A DNA stretch of 63,214 nucleotides, filler included, from Nemertoderma westbladi (taxonomy: Eukaryota > Animalia > Xenacoelomorpha): NCBI GenBank assembly GCA_032718475.1. It is 3 parts of 3 records of this genome, joined end to end, with 100 filler letters (N's around TTAATTAATTAA, not from the genome) between each part and the next. Parts side by side here need not be neighbours in the genome. Positions count along the whole stretch, not along the records: positions 23,262 to 50,373 come from JAUCBJ010002955.1; 2 more parts are not named here. One strand, given 5' to 3'. A program made the position numbers and the translations under genes. This document shows positions 24,675 through 36,598 of this stretch, piece by piece. The notes beneath the pieces were generated by a model that saw only the letters and a program-made list of their open reading frames with translations, made no database searches and was not told the DNA's origin. Within the stretch, counting starts at the first letter, position 1; each line of letters starts with the position of its first letter.

Positions 24675-26118
24675 TTACGACATCCGCCGATTCGCCCCTT
24701 CGCAGACGTCCGACGGGCCGTGGGTCCGACAGCGCTCCCACGAATCCTACGCGAAGAACTACTCGATCGTGTTCCCTTACGACGAGCCGTTGGGCGGCCG
24801 CAATCTGCGTCGCGACGCGCTATGGTCCCGCCTCCGGGACCGGGGCTGCGTGTACCAGGAACGCCAGGGGTGGGAGCGCCCCGGTTGGTTCGCCGCTCAG
24901 CCCCAACCCGTTATGGATTACGATTACTACGGGAACTACGGGGTGAAACCCAACGAGGATTACTCGTATAAACAGCGGCTCGACGACGAATACACCTTCG
25001 GCTTCCCGCCGCATCACGCCGACATCGTGTCCGCGAGTATGGCCTGTCGGACGCGCGTCGCGGTGTTTAACATGTCGTACTTCGGTAAGTTGTATTTAGT
25101 GGGCCCGGACGCGGGGAAGGCAGCTGATTGGCTGTTCACAGCGGACGTGCGACGCGCCGCCGGGTCTACCGTTTATACGTGTCTGTGCAACGCGACTGGC
25201 GGCGTAGAGAGCGATCTAACCGTGAGCGTCGTGGAGCCCGGCGAAGGCCGCGTTATAGACCCGGCGTTCCGGGGTGGTACCGGTTACTACCTCGCTGTGG
25301 GAGGGGGGAACGCGTTCCACACAAAGAGTTTCATTAAGAACGTCCTGCAGGACCGCGGGTTCGACTGCGGGATTATCGATCACTCTGAGGATATGGCGAT
25401 GTTGAGTGTCCAAGGGCCGAGGAGTCGCGAGTTGTTGAGTCGATTGGTTGACATCCCGTTGGACAACGATTCCTTCCCGTTCTCGACACATCGCGTTGCT
25501 AAACTCGCCGGCCATTGGCTGCGTATGCTGCGTCTCACGTTCGTGGGCGAGTTGGGTTGGGAGTTGCACATTCCCAACGAGTCGGCGGTGGCCGTTTACG
25601 ACGCCGTTATCGAGGCCGGGAGGGATTTGGGTATCCGCGACGCGGGCTACCGGTCTATCGATCAGTTGAGTCTGGAGAAAGGCTACCGGCATTGGCACGC
25701 TGATTTGAGGCCGGACGATACGCCTCTAGAGGCCGGGTTGGCGTTCACGTGTAAGATGAAGGAGGATGTCGCGTTTCTCGGCCGCGATAGCATCGCGGAG
25801 CAGCGGGCCCGGGGGCTGGGTAAACGAATCGCGTGTTTCCTAATGGATCCCGCGGTCCCGTTGCTCGGCCTCGAGTTGTTGCTCCGGGACGGCAGGCCGG
25901 CCGGCTACCTCAGACGGGGGGAGTTCGCCCCCCACCTGGGGGTCTCCATGGGCTGGGGCTACGTGTGGAACCCCGACGGGGGGAACGTCTCCGTCAAGTG
26001 GCTCAAGGAGTCCAAGGATTATTGTATAGAACGAATGGGGGAGCGTTACCAGACAACCATGTACACAAAGTCTCCGTTCGACCCGGATAATAAGCGAATC
26101 CAGGGAATTTATGAGTAG
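24675..26118 (+). CDS. SARDH: Sarcosine dehydrogenase, 1.44-kb terminal exon (GcvT-like folate-binding domain)
   Basis: CAG acceptor in matching phase. YDIRRF...RSHESYAKNYSIVFPYDEPL...ERQGWERPGWF...FNMSYFGK...FVGELGWELH...LSLEKGYRHWHADLRPDDTPLEAGLAFTCK...PFDPDNKRIQGIYE*. Confidence 0.95.
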
Positions 26119-27059
26119 CGAGACTGTTAGTATTAATTGTTTGGACCAACAGACACATTGTGGGTCCCTTTATGTGTGACGGTGCGGGTTGGTAAATGTA
26201 AACAGTTACCGTAAGTCCGTAACTATAAATAATGTTAGTTTCCCCTCGATTAAGTGCAGTTGGTCTCTACAGGTAGTTTCACTCCATAGAAATTGTTGCA
26301 ATAGTCATTTCTACTGATCTATTATTTAAATGAAAACGACTTTTAGATAATGTCAGATTAGAAAGTCGTAACGCCGATAAATTGACGTAAAATGTAACAA
26401 AAATGACGCGCATATCGTTATAGGAAAGAATAATTCTCGTTCCAACGATCATCATGTTTTCATTCCAACGTTATTCATAATATTTAATTTATTTTTGGTA
26501 TTAATTATAGTCATTTTATTTATTTATTTATCAGCGTCCCACTACGGGCTGGTGGAGTAGTTTACCATAAAGTAACGCGCTTATATAAGTAATAATTGTT
26601 ATAATAACTAATATTAGTTGTTATTCGAAACTAGAAATATTAGTTAATTCTTAATAAAGTATCGGTTTTATTAGTCGTTGGGGGTTAAAAAAACAGACCG
26701 CTTTGTGGGGTATAAAAGAAACTCTGTTAACTCAAGTTCACTTAAACGCGAGAAAGTGATAATTACTACCATTAGAAAGAGCGTTTTTTATTGGCTTAGT
26801 CAGTATCCAATCAAATCACCTCAGCCTACAATATGACGTTGTTAACCAGCTGATTTCAAGTTGTTATTATTATGGCTGGTGGTGGAGGTTCCAACCACAG
26901 TATTTACCCAACCATGAGTTCTATTGGTTGCTTCGAATTCACCGTAGTGTCTCAATTCCCTCGAATTCAATGGCCTCATTGTATCATTCCAACCAGTTCT
27001 CTCTGTACAACGTGTTTTTATTTACCCAATACAAGACTGAAGTGAACTCAGCATGCGTG

Positions 27060-27320
27060 AGGTGACTAAAAGTATAATAATCTGTTACGAGGTTACAGGT
27101 TTCAAAGGTTCGTGTGATAGAACACCAAGGCCTTCGCGCATCACGGGGCTGAGATCAGAAACCAGTGGCCAGATCCGGTAATCCTGGCAGCCCGGTATGG
27201 GAACCACGTAGGATACCATTCTTAATGCACGCTGCATTGGCAAAAAGATATTTGTTAAGCCAGCATAACATCTCAATGTGCTGCTTCAATGCAGCCGATT
27301 ATACCGTATTAGTAGTAGTA
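27060..27320 (+). mobile_element. Possible SINE or non-autonomous element with an RTE-like 3' tail
   Basis: Ends AAGCCAGCATAACATCTCAATGTGCTGCTTCAATGCAGC...TAGTAGTAGTAG, resembling the 3' end of the RTE at 54779-54850. The 5' boundary is uncertain. Confidence 0.4.
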
Positions 27321-27956
27321 GATCGAATTTTCATTCAACCGATTCACCACAGAGTAGGCCTAGTGTCTATCCGCCTCAATCACCGAAATCCATGTCAGAT
27401 ATGCGGCCTGATCCTTCGGTTGTTGCGTGAATTGTAACAGAGGCATCAGATTAGGCAGTTAGGTAGGACTACTACTATGTGCTCCGATGATTCCACATTT
27501 GAAACTGGGTTTTTTATTTACCCACACTTGTTTTTGTTTTACCCCATTTTGGGGTTAAAAAAACATCACTTTTTTGACCACAATTTCTTTAAATATATGT
27601 TTGGTGATGATTGTTTGGTGATCATTAAATTCCATTTTTAATTCGCTTTCAAACAATACCAAATTTATTTAAATGTCATGGGATATTAACAATTTTGTGA
27701 CAAAAAAAAGGAAAATTGTTTTTTTTACCCCCAATGACTATACACTTTATTTTATTCCAACGTCATTGTTCATAAAATAGCACTTTATAGCGTTACGGCA
27801 CGACTGATTTTGTGAAAATAATAGAACGAGGGCCGTAAAAGCTTTAAAGTGCTAATTATGAACAATGATGAATCTAATTTTATTTATTTGTGGGGAATTA
27901 TTTGTAGTTATGAACTTAATCTTTCTAGAACAACCTAATTTAATGACGCGGTGATA

Positions 27957-28039
27957 TACTGGATAGAGGGGGCCTACTGGATAGAGCGGGGCCTACTGGA
28001 TAGAGGGGGCCTACTGGATAGAGGGGGCCTACTGGATAG
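27957..28039. repeat. Short tandem repeat of about 18-19 bp
   Basis: (CTGGATAGAGGGGGCCTA)n, about 4.5 copies. Confidence 0.85.
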
Positions 28040-28214
28040 TGCAAAATTAATTCCACACAAATAAATAATAACTATTTAATAAGAGACCTCGTCCGTCGTA
28101 GAATAATGTTTCTAGTAGCTAAATAATCTCGGTATTTGAAACACAACTAGTTCAACTCACCGTCGTTGACCCCATGAAGCCGGAATTTCCGATTTCGGCT
28201 TTACATTTTTTTAA

Positions 28215-28757
28215 TAAGCGTTTTAAAAAAGTGTCTTTTGCGAAATCGCACCCTCCGTATCGTGGCCATTCTTCACATTTGTCGTAATTTTTTCATATCA
28301 TTGGAAAGCTTGCGTTGCAAGGATTCCAAATATGTAACAATATCTGAATTTCGTTGAGAAACAGCTGAGATATAGGCGTTCAAAGATTGCAAGAATTATT
28401 GTTCGCTGCAGGCCATTTATTCTACTTAATAAATACACAAAATTCTAGAACGTGTTATTATTTTATGAGTTGGTAGGCAACAGCGTAATGCCTATATAAT
28501 AGATCTTTCATACTTAAACAAATTGTTCCAGAATATTGTGTATTTATGAAATAGAATAAATGGCCTTCAGCGAACGATACTTCTTGCAATATTTGAACGC
28601 CTATATCAGCTGTTTCTCAACGAAATTCAGATATTGTTACATATTTCGAATCCTTGTAACGCCAGCTTTCTTATGATATGATAAAATTAAGACTAATGTG
28701 AAGAATGGCCACGACACGGAAGGTGCGATTTCGCAAAAGATATTTTTTTAAAACGTA
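28215..28757. mobile_element. Foldback element related to the 18199 family
   Basis: CTTTTGCGAAATCGCACC...CGTGGCCATTCTTCACATT...GGATTCCAAATATGTAACAATATCTGAATTTCGTTGAGAAACAGCTGA is mirrored at about 28510-28755. Confidence 0.8.
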
Positions 28758-29098
28758 AAAATCTGGGGTCCCCACCCCAGTCCGTGTCATCAGAAAATGA
28801 CACTATATTACGGATCATGGTGTATAGGAATATTTTTTGTGGAATTATTTAGTTTTAATAATATACAATATGTAAGTGCCGATAAATAAGTGACAGTTAT
28901 ACTGATATTGTGCAAATGATAAAATATAACAGTGGCAATTATATGTTTCACTCGTATCCATGTATTTGTAGGGAAAAAAAGTATAATTTGTATTCCTGGA
29001 TGATGGGAGTAGTGAATATGAATAGAATTAGTTATTAAATATTTTGTGCAGTTTATGTACTAATAATGTTTATGTACAATTTATATAATTTCATTTAA

Positions 29099-30194
29099 GG
29101 GGGGGGGGGGGGGGGGGGTAGCGCATTTTCTGACCAAAAAGTCGAATTTTTGAAACATATCCTATCTGATGCAGAATTTCATGCTGAATCCAAATATGGA
29201 AACCGTTTTCCCATATCTTGCTTAGTTTTCGAGATATCTGGGATAGAAGATACTGGCTCCGATATATCGCGATATCGGTAAAGGCGATGAAGTTTGGGGT
29301 TTGCATTCAATTTCTGCAAATTTCTGTGCTCAGTGGTGCCAATTGGATGTCTCCACGAGAAAGAGCACAAAATTTTAATTGAGAAGGTATTTTTTTATGA
29401 TTATTGGACCTACTGATCAGTTTATAAGACAACTTCAAGTCTCCGGAATGAAGACGGGACTCGAATAAGCGACTCTGCGGTCTTTGCGGGATTACACGGA
29501 ATAGACTTATCGGTCATCGGAGATCTTCAAAATGTATAATCTCCAGTTCTAGTGGTCGTACGAAGTTCGTTTTGGGCTCATTCGAAAGCTCTTTTCTCAG
29601 AGACCAAAGTTACCATTTGGTTTGGCAAACTCTTGAAAGCTGCCTGAGCAATCATAACTTGAACAAAATTTGCAAGGCATATTTTACCCAAATTCATGTT
29701 ATGTTGCTTCACAACCATTTTAGTCTTAAATCAAATGGTAACTTTGTTCTCTAAGAAAAGAGCTTTCGAATGAGCCTAAAACGAACTTCGTACGACCACT
29801 AGAACTGGAGATTATACATTTTGAAGATCTCCGATGACCGATAAGTCTATTCCGTGTAATCCCGCAAAGACCGCAGAGTCGCTTATTCGAGTCCCGTCTT
29901 CATTCCGGAGACTTGAAGTTGTCTTATAAACTGATCAGTAGGTCCAATAATCATAAAAAAATACCTTCTCAATTAAAATTTTGTGCTCTTTCTCGTGGAG
30001 ACATCCAATTGGCACCACTGAGCACAGAAATTTGCAGAAATTGAATGCAAACCCCAAACTTCATCGCATTTACCGATATCGCGATATATCGGAGCCAGTA
30101 TCTTCTATCCCAGATATCTCGAAAACTAAGCAAGATATGGGAAAACGTATCAAGGAAAACTGCCCCCCCCCCCCCACCCCCCCCCCCCCCCCCT
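29099..30194. mobile_element. TTAA-flanked foldback element (Kolobok-like MITE) with near-identical arms of about 415 bp
   Basis: TTAA at 29095-29098 and 30195-30198, poly-G and poly-C ends. About 29203-29619 is an almost perfect reverse complement of about 29732-30148. Confidence 0.85.
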
Positions 30195-30381
30195 TTAAGC
30201 GGTATCGGTGTAGGAATTATTTATTTTGTTCTATTAATAAAGTGCCTGTAAAAGAGTTATGCTGATATTGTGCAAATTATATAATATAACACAGGTAAAT
30301 TAATTTGATAACGAATCCCATTGTTTTAATAAACATTCCTAATTTCAGGGAATCATTATTGTCGTCTACTACGAGAAACCG

Positions 30382-33086
30382 GTAATGGCCCAAACTCACA
30401 AAAAATGGCCAAAAACGTTTCCCACGTTTTTGGCCATTTTTTTACCATACAATTCTGTATGCAATTTTATTTCGAGTGCATATGTTAAATGGAGAGCAAA
30501 TACAAATACAAGTATTCTGGGGGATGTATTTTGACATCTACTGGGTGTATTTCAACAAGTTATAGCTCATTTTAAAGCTAAATAATAGAGGAATGCAATG
30601 GAATAACTTCCAAATTGTTTTATTGATATCATATTGAAATACAACAGATAATATACCCCTATTTTTGAAAATTTTTGAAAAATGTTTTTTAAAAATTTTT
30701 GAAAAATATTTTTGAAAATTTTTGTCCCAAACGGTAACACCTATAGGTTTTTATTGGGATTCTATAAACTAAATTCTTATTTGAAAGGAAAATCTTCGGG
30801 AAGTTGAACGTTCAAGATTTTACGAAAAAATAAAAAATACAACCGGAGATATGGCTGGTGTTATGTGGGAGTCGATTATGTCAATTAGGATTGTCCCATG
30901 TGTAACACCAAGTGCACTGCTTTACCATGCTCTAGAATCAGTTCTAACAAACGTGATTTAAAGATTCTAATATCAGCACATAGCCCAGATATTGGTCTTT
31001 TGCGTGAGTAATCATTTGTAGCAACAATTGACTGTGGAATAGACTTTAGTTGCTTTTACATTTATCAGCATGAGCTTTGTCTCCCCTGTAACAAAAGCCT
31101 GTAACACAAAAAATCGTTACAGGGCGGGACGTCCCACATGTAACATGTAAATTGAATAAATTTGGGCAACAGAGTAGGACATGTCTCACCTGTAACACTT
31201 CAGTAGAACCGCAATATGGACTATTAATTGTATTTCTATTTAATGAAATTGCTAAGGCTAAGAATAAGAAAATCCTTGGTTATATTTGGAAGCTGGTCAC
31301 GGGAAGGGCCCAGCGGATGGAGTTGGTGGAACGATTAAGAGGACATTGTCAAACATTATTGGCATGCACATTGATGGCGATACCCCTAGCTTCAATGACA
31401 TAATTGCCATGCTGAAATCTCGTTTAAAACCAAGATATTTTCATACTCGGCTAATGATGTGGAACTGGTAAAGGATACCATACCAAGTAACATAGGCCCC
31501 CTCCAGGGAATTGGAAAGGCCCACAAGATTATATATAACCAGGGTGGCGATATCTATATGATAAATATTTCTTGTAAGAAAGTGAGTCCACTATTCTGCA
31601 TCGAGCATGGCGTGGCAGTCCATGTGTCTCAGGCGGAAGGTGTCATTGAAACTATTGAAGACGATGAATCAGATGGAATACTGGATGCTGATGATGTAAG
31701 GAAGGGAGACGTGAGAGATATCGGTGGAGGTGGCGAGGCAGGGGATGGCGGTATAAGTGCAAGAGGAGGTGTTAGAGGTGGGCGGGCAGAATGTTAGAGT
31801 TGTGAGGGGAGCAGTTAGAGGTGGAAAAGGTAGAGGTGCAAGGGGAGCAATCGGAGGAGCGAGAGGAGTAGTTCGGCGTGCGAGAGGAGAAGCGAGTGGA
31901 GACGGAGTGGGAAGTACAGGGGGATCTGTGGAGGGTGTGGGAGACGGAGACGGAGTGGGAAGCTCAGGAGGATCTGTGGAGGGTGGGAAAGATGGAGTGG
32001 GAAGTATGGGAGGATCTGTGGAGGGTGTGGGAGACGGAGTGGGAAGTACAGGAGGATCTGTGGAGGATGTGGGAGACGTAGTGGGAAACTCAGGAGGATC
32101 TGTGGAGGGTGGGAAAGATGGAGTGGGAAGTATGGGTGGATCTGTGGAGGATGTGGGAGACGGAGTGGGAAGCTCAGGAGGATCTGTGGAGGGTGGGAAA
32201 GATGGAGTGGGAAGTATGGGAGGATCTGTGGAGGATGTTGGAGACGTAGTGGGAAGCTCAACAGGATCTGTGGAGGGTGGGAAAGATGGGATGATCTGTG
32301 GAGGGTGTGGGAGACGGAGTGGGAAGTACAAGATGATCTGTGGAAGGTGTGGAAGGCGGAGTAGGAATTCTGTGGGGATCTGTGTAGGGTGTAGGAGGCG
32401 GAGTGGGAAGTATAGGAGGATCCGTGGAGGGTGTGGGAGACGGAGTGAGAAGTACAGGAGGATCTGTGGAGGGTGTGGGAGACAGAGTGTGAAGTACAGG
32501 AGGATCTGTGGAGGGTGGAGATGAAACTGATGAACTATTTACAGGTTTTGACTAACTGCTCTGCTACAGTATAGTGATATATAACAGTTATAAACTTAAT
32601 AGTAAACAGAAAGTCATAGTAATAAACAGTAATAGAATAATAAGTAATAAACAGAAATAAGGACCATAAAGATTTATTATGATTGATTATATTTTCAAAT
32701 AAGCTTTATTGGGAGGTGTTACTGGGATCAGGTATGGCTGCATAGCTCCCACTCGGAGACGAAATCTAGGTTAATTTAACATTTCAGTGTAATTCACAAC
32801 TGGTGTTACATGGTGGGACAAATTGTTACAGGCATCGGAAATCATCATCCAAGGGCTCTGATTGGCTGATATCGGGCGTTACATTGTGGGACAAGTGTTA
32901 CAGGAATGGACATCTGTTTTTCTCAATTATTTGTTACCATGAGGTCCGGGCTATTGGGAAATTACCACCTTTGAATTCAGCGCATCGAGAGCTTTCTGGT
33001 GATATATAATATTACATACTTTGGGAAACTTTTTTTTTTACAAAAAAATGTATTTTTTTGGCCACTTTTTGTGAGTTTGACCCATT
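30382..33086 (+). mobile_element. Decayed Sola2-like DNA transposon
   Basis: Inverted ends AATGGCCCAAACTCACAAAAAATGGCCAAAAA / TTTTTGGCCACTTTTTGTGAGTTTGACCCATT, and inverted subterminal GTCCCAnnTGTAACA motifs. A frameshifted transposase remnant EAGHGKGPADGVGGTIKR lies at about 31290-31345 and continues in 31459-31797. The Sola2 assignment rests on recall of the HGKxxxDGxGGxxK motif. Confidence 0.65.
31890..32520. repeat. 42-bp purine-rich minisatellite inside the Sola2-like element
   Basis: Unit about GGAGACGGAGTGGGAAGTACAGGAGGATCTGTGGAGGGTGTG; reads GDGVGSTGGSVEGV on + and PTPSPTPSTDPPVL on -. Confidence 0.9.
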
Positions 33087-34084
33087 TTAAGCATACTGTA
33101 ACTATTCACGTCCTTATGTAATTATAATATGCACCGAAAAACATGGTGAAACTTGGCAAACAACAATTTCATGCGATTTATGAGTTTAAGTGCGAATATT
33201 ATGGAATTTGGTAAAACAGTGTGTGTCTCTAATCATTGGTTGAGGTAGAGGGACTACTAACGATATCTTACGTTAGAGTTTTCGCACCATCTCTTTACCC
33301 TTTCCTGGACGTTGGCCTGCTTTCGCAGATCAGGGATATGGTCGGTGAGATTAAAACGTTTTTCTAATAGGGTTGCCAATCTATTTCAGTTGCAATTTTC
33401 CCTGACATTTTGACAAAATTCCCTGACAACAATATGTTTAAAATATACAAATGTTTTCGTTGTAAAATTTTTAAAATATGTTTGCCCACCTACACCTTCG
33501 TGCTTTGTGATTTGTGATTTAGAGAAATAAAAAAACATATGTTCTCCTTTAAAGTTTATGAAAAGTTGAACGAGATAAAAATGTATTTAAAAAGTAACTT
33601 TTTTTGAGCAAATTATTATCCATTACAATGGTAATCGATGATCACAATATCTTTCTCAAAAGTTGCAGGGATGTTACCGGGGTATGATGATCCTCTAATA
33701 ATACCGATCGATCATTATAGCAGCCCCTCAGGTTACATCTCTAGATGTAAAATCTCTATTCGAACCACATATTTACTCCAAGTTATCCCACTTGCATTGA
33801 TTGGTTGGCAAGGACGCCGTATACAGATACAAAGTTGGCATAATTTATGTAAAAAGAGTTACAACTGAAATGAACTATTGCCTGCTATTAACTATCTGCT
33901 ATAACTATTTAAATAAAGTATTTTAGTTAACGATTTCTTAATGTTTACTACTATACCTACAGTAAATACAAGAAACAATAAACAGATTAAGATTTATTAA
34001 CATTTTACACTCAATGAAGATATAGAAACGTTGATAATAATAATAATTAAATAGTGGCCGCAAGAAGCATAAATATATTTAACC

Positions 34085-35494
34085 ATGTTTAGAATCGTTG
34101 ACATTATTGTTATGGTAACACTGTATTATGCAACCAGTGTAGTAGTCGCCGATGCCACAGACCCAATGGAAGAATCAGCACGGCTGCGAGCCTTCCTCGC
34201 TGAGGGCTACGACCAAAACGTGATACCCAATGAAAGGCTTCCGGTGGAAGTCAGGTTGAAGGTGTCGTTGAGGCAGGTGGTTGAGTTGGATTTGAAGGGG
34301 AGGAAGTTGGTGACGATCCAGTGGTGGTACCTCAATTGGTACGACGAACTCCTAACCTGGAACAACACGGATCCTCTCGACGACAACTATTACAACGTAC
34401 CCGCGATCTACTACAACCCGGGCGACTTCTGGTACCCAGACATCGTATGTTTGGAGGACATCTCCGGAGAGAGAGAACACCCTGAGATCTGGTATACAGA
34501 CAGTTGGGTAAACAGTAAGGGCAATGTGACCTGGGTGAGACCGGTGCGGCTAGAGTCTTCCTGTGAAGCCCACACCATCGCGTTTCCTTTCGATTCGCAG
34601 GTTTGCAACCTAACCTACAAATCCTGGCAGCACAACGAGAATGAGATAAATCTGACACTGGCCCAATCGATAGGCGATGAACTTGACTATCTATTGACGT
34701 TAAATGGAGCCTGGGAGATACGAACCATGCAGGCCAGAGCCACAAATATGAAATTCCTTGATTACGGAGTCTTTACAACCATTGTTTACAATTTAGTTTT
34801 AACACGCTATTCGCTTATTCAGCTGTTCAACCTTATTCTCCCGGCTGTATTACTCAATATGTTGGCCTACTTTGGATTCTATCTGCCGTTGGAATCTGGG
34901 GAGAAGATGGGACTCCAAATGAACGTTATGTTGGCTGTGATTGTATTCCAGATGGTTATAGCGGATGTTGTACCACCCGATGCAAATGCCATTCCTTATC
35001 TCATATGGTATTACTTTGTGGTGATTGCTTTGCTTTCGGAGGCCTGTATTCTGAGCATCTTTGTCCTCATGTTTAACAACCGCGGTCCAGACGCCAAACC
35101 TGTCCCGGGGTATCTGCGATTCATGGTCCTCCGAGTGATGGCATGCTGTCTCTGCGTTCGCGTGCCAAAGCGAGATAAAGACACGGAAATCGTTCATTTT
35201 ACCGACATCACTGCTTCAACCCCCCGAGTTGAACCGAAAGGCGAGATATTGGCTTATCATAAAAGTTTAAAGATGGTGAAAGGGATCCTGCAGCACTTGA
35301 AGTCTGAGGAAGATTCCAACGTAATTCAGGAGGATTGGCGACTGGTTGCTACTGTTATGGATCGCTTCTTTATGTGGGTCTATCTCTGCTCCGTAATTGG
35401 ACTCACTGTGTTTCTCTTGTTGATGGCTTACTTTGCTGGTGAAGCATACGTAAATGAAGTTAAAGATGAATTGAAATCTTTTGAAGAATTGTAA
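34085..35494 (+). CDS. Intronless Cys-loop ligand-gated ion channel, non-alpha nicotinic acetylcholine receptor-like (469 aa)
   Basis: Signal peptide, WYPDI, Cys-loop CEAHTIAFPFDSQVC, loop-B SW, M1 NLILP, cation-type ESGEK before M2, and EDWRLVATVMDRFF before M4. No vicinal CC. Confidence 0.93.
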   Translation: MFRIVDIIVMVTLYYATSVVVADATDPMEESARLRAFLAEGYDQNVIPNERLPVEVRLKVSLRQVVELDLKGRKLVTIQWWYLNWYDELLTWNNTDPLDDNYYNVPAIYYNPGDFWYPDIVCLEDISGEREHPEIWYTDSWVNSKGNVTWVRPVRLESSCEAHTIAFPFDSQVCNLTYKSWQHNENEINLTLAQSIGDELDYLLTLNGAWEIRTMQARATNMKFLDYGVFTTIVYNLVLTRYSLIQLFNLILPAVLLNMLAYFGFYLPLESGEKMGLQMNVMLAVIVFQMVIADVVPPDANAIPYLIWYYFVVIALLSEACILSIFVLMFNNRGPDAKPVPGYLRFMVLRVMACCLCVRVPKRDKDTEIVHFTDITASTPRVEPKGEILAYHKSLKMVKGILQHLKSEEDSNVIQEDWRLVATVMDRFFMWVYLCSVIGLTVFLLLMAYFAGEAYVNEVKDELKSFEEL

Positions 35495-35904
35495 CTATGA
35501 ATAACTATTTAACCAGTATCGTAGAGTACAACATAATATATAATTAAGTTTTGAGCATTATTACCATTTGGTACATTGGCGCCTAATCATGAATTTTAGT
35601 TTTTATATCGTTTTTTTATCGTTATGTTTATATTCATACTGTAATCTTGTACGTTTCAAGTAGCTAATACTTTATTATAGACCCATTAAAAGCATTATCC
35701 ATTGAATCATTATGTAACATGAATTTATTATGTAACATGAATTTATTTTTGGGGATACAGGAAGGGGGTGGAGGCAAACCTAATCTCGGCGAATTAACAT
35801 TGAATTCCACCAAAATTGAATGGCACCCCAAATTAGATGATTTCACACCAAAAAATTATTTAGCACCAAATATATTTTTTATTTAATTTTTTATTTATTT
35901 ATTA

Positions 35905-36240
35905 TTGACCCCCCAAAAACAATTATCCATCCCCCAAAAACAATTATTCATTCCTCAAAAACAATTATCCATCCCCCAAAAACAATCATTCAGCCCCCAA
36001 AAACAATTATCCATCCCCCCAAAACAATTATTTATCCCCCCAAAAACAATTATTCATACCCCAAAAACAATTATTCATACCCAAAAAACAATTATTCATT
36101 CCTCAAAAACAATTATCCATCCCCCAAAAACAATCATTCAGCCCCCCAAAACAATTATCCATCCCCCAAAAACAATTATTCATTCCTCAAAAACAATTAT
36201 TCGATCTCCCTAAAATAATTACTTGTAACCAAAAACAATA
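35905..36240. repeat. 21-22-bp tandem repeat in a larger AT-rich inverted-arm element (about 35790-37290)
   Basis: (CCCCAAAAACAATTATTCATC)n, with complementary T-rich degenerate arrays at about 36740-37190. Confidence 0.8.
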
Positions 36241-36350
36241 ATTCTTCCAGCACCAATTTATGGAAAATTTAATTATACAAATTCATTCATTATTTATTTC
36301 CATAACATAAATCAAACAAAATGTTTAATAATTATTATACCGACGATCCT

Positions 36351-36598
36351 CGGGTGAAACAAAGTCAAAACAAAGTCCAAAGATTACTGTATAAAGACCT
36401 GCATAATCTCGTAACATGTGTTAACTTTCATTTATTGTTTTGGTTCTCCCAACATGCCTCTGTAACCTGCTCCTTTACTAACCTGCTCCTTTAAATGGCA
36501 ATGGGACCTAACGCTCTTTGGATACTAACGCTACTTTACCTCTTTGTTTTTTACAGAACGGGCAATATAGTCTTGGGTCTTTGTTTTGTACTCACCCG
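36351..36598. mobile_element. 248-bp MITE with 8-bp TSD
   Basis: Termini CGGGTGA...TCACCCG with imperfect TIR extension; TSD ACGATCCT at 36343-36350 and 36599-36606. Confidence 0.8.

Noticed and set aside
21659-26118. SRSF exon spliced to SARDH exons as a fusion gene
   Set aside because: They are separated by an artificial contig spacer.
24005-26118. Bacterial horizontal transfer or contamination of the GC-rich dehydrogenase
   Set aside because: It has GT-AG introns and the protein follows animal SARDH motifs closely.
27143-27220. HDV-like ribozyme
   Set aside because: Stems are present, but the L3, P1.1 and J4/2 consensus could not be fitted.
29091-30265. Duplicated small genes on opposite strands (MCSFSWRHP..., MQTPNF...)
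   Set aside because: Mirror-image ORFs produced by the inverted arms, with non-ATG starts and no protein features.
31669-32524. Extensin-like or Gly-rich ORFs
   Set aside because: Products of a 42-bp minisatellite inside a decayed transposon.
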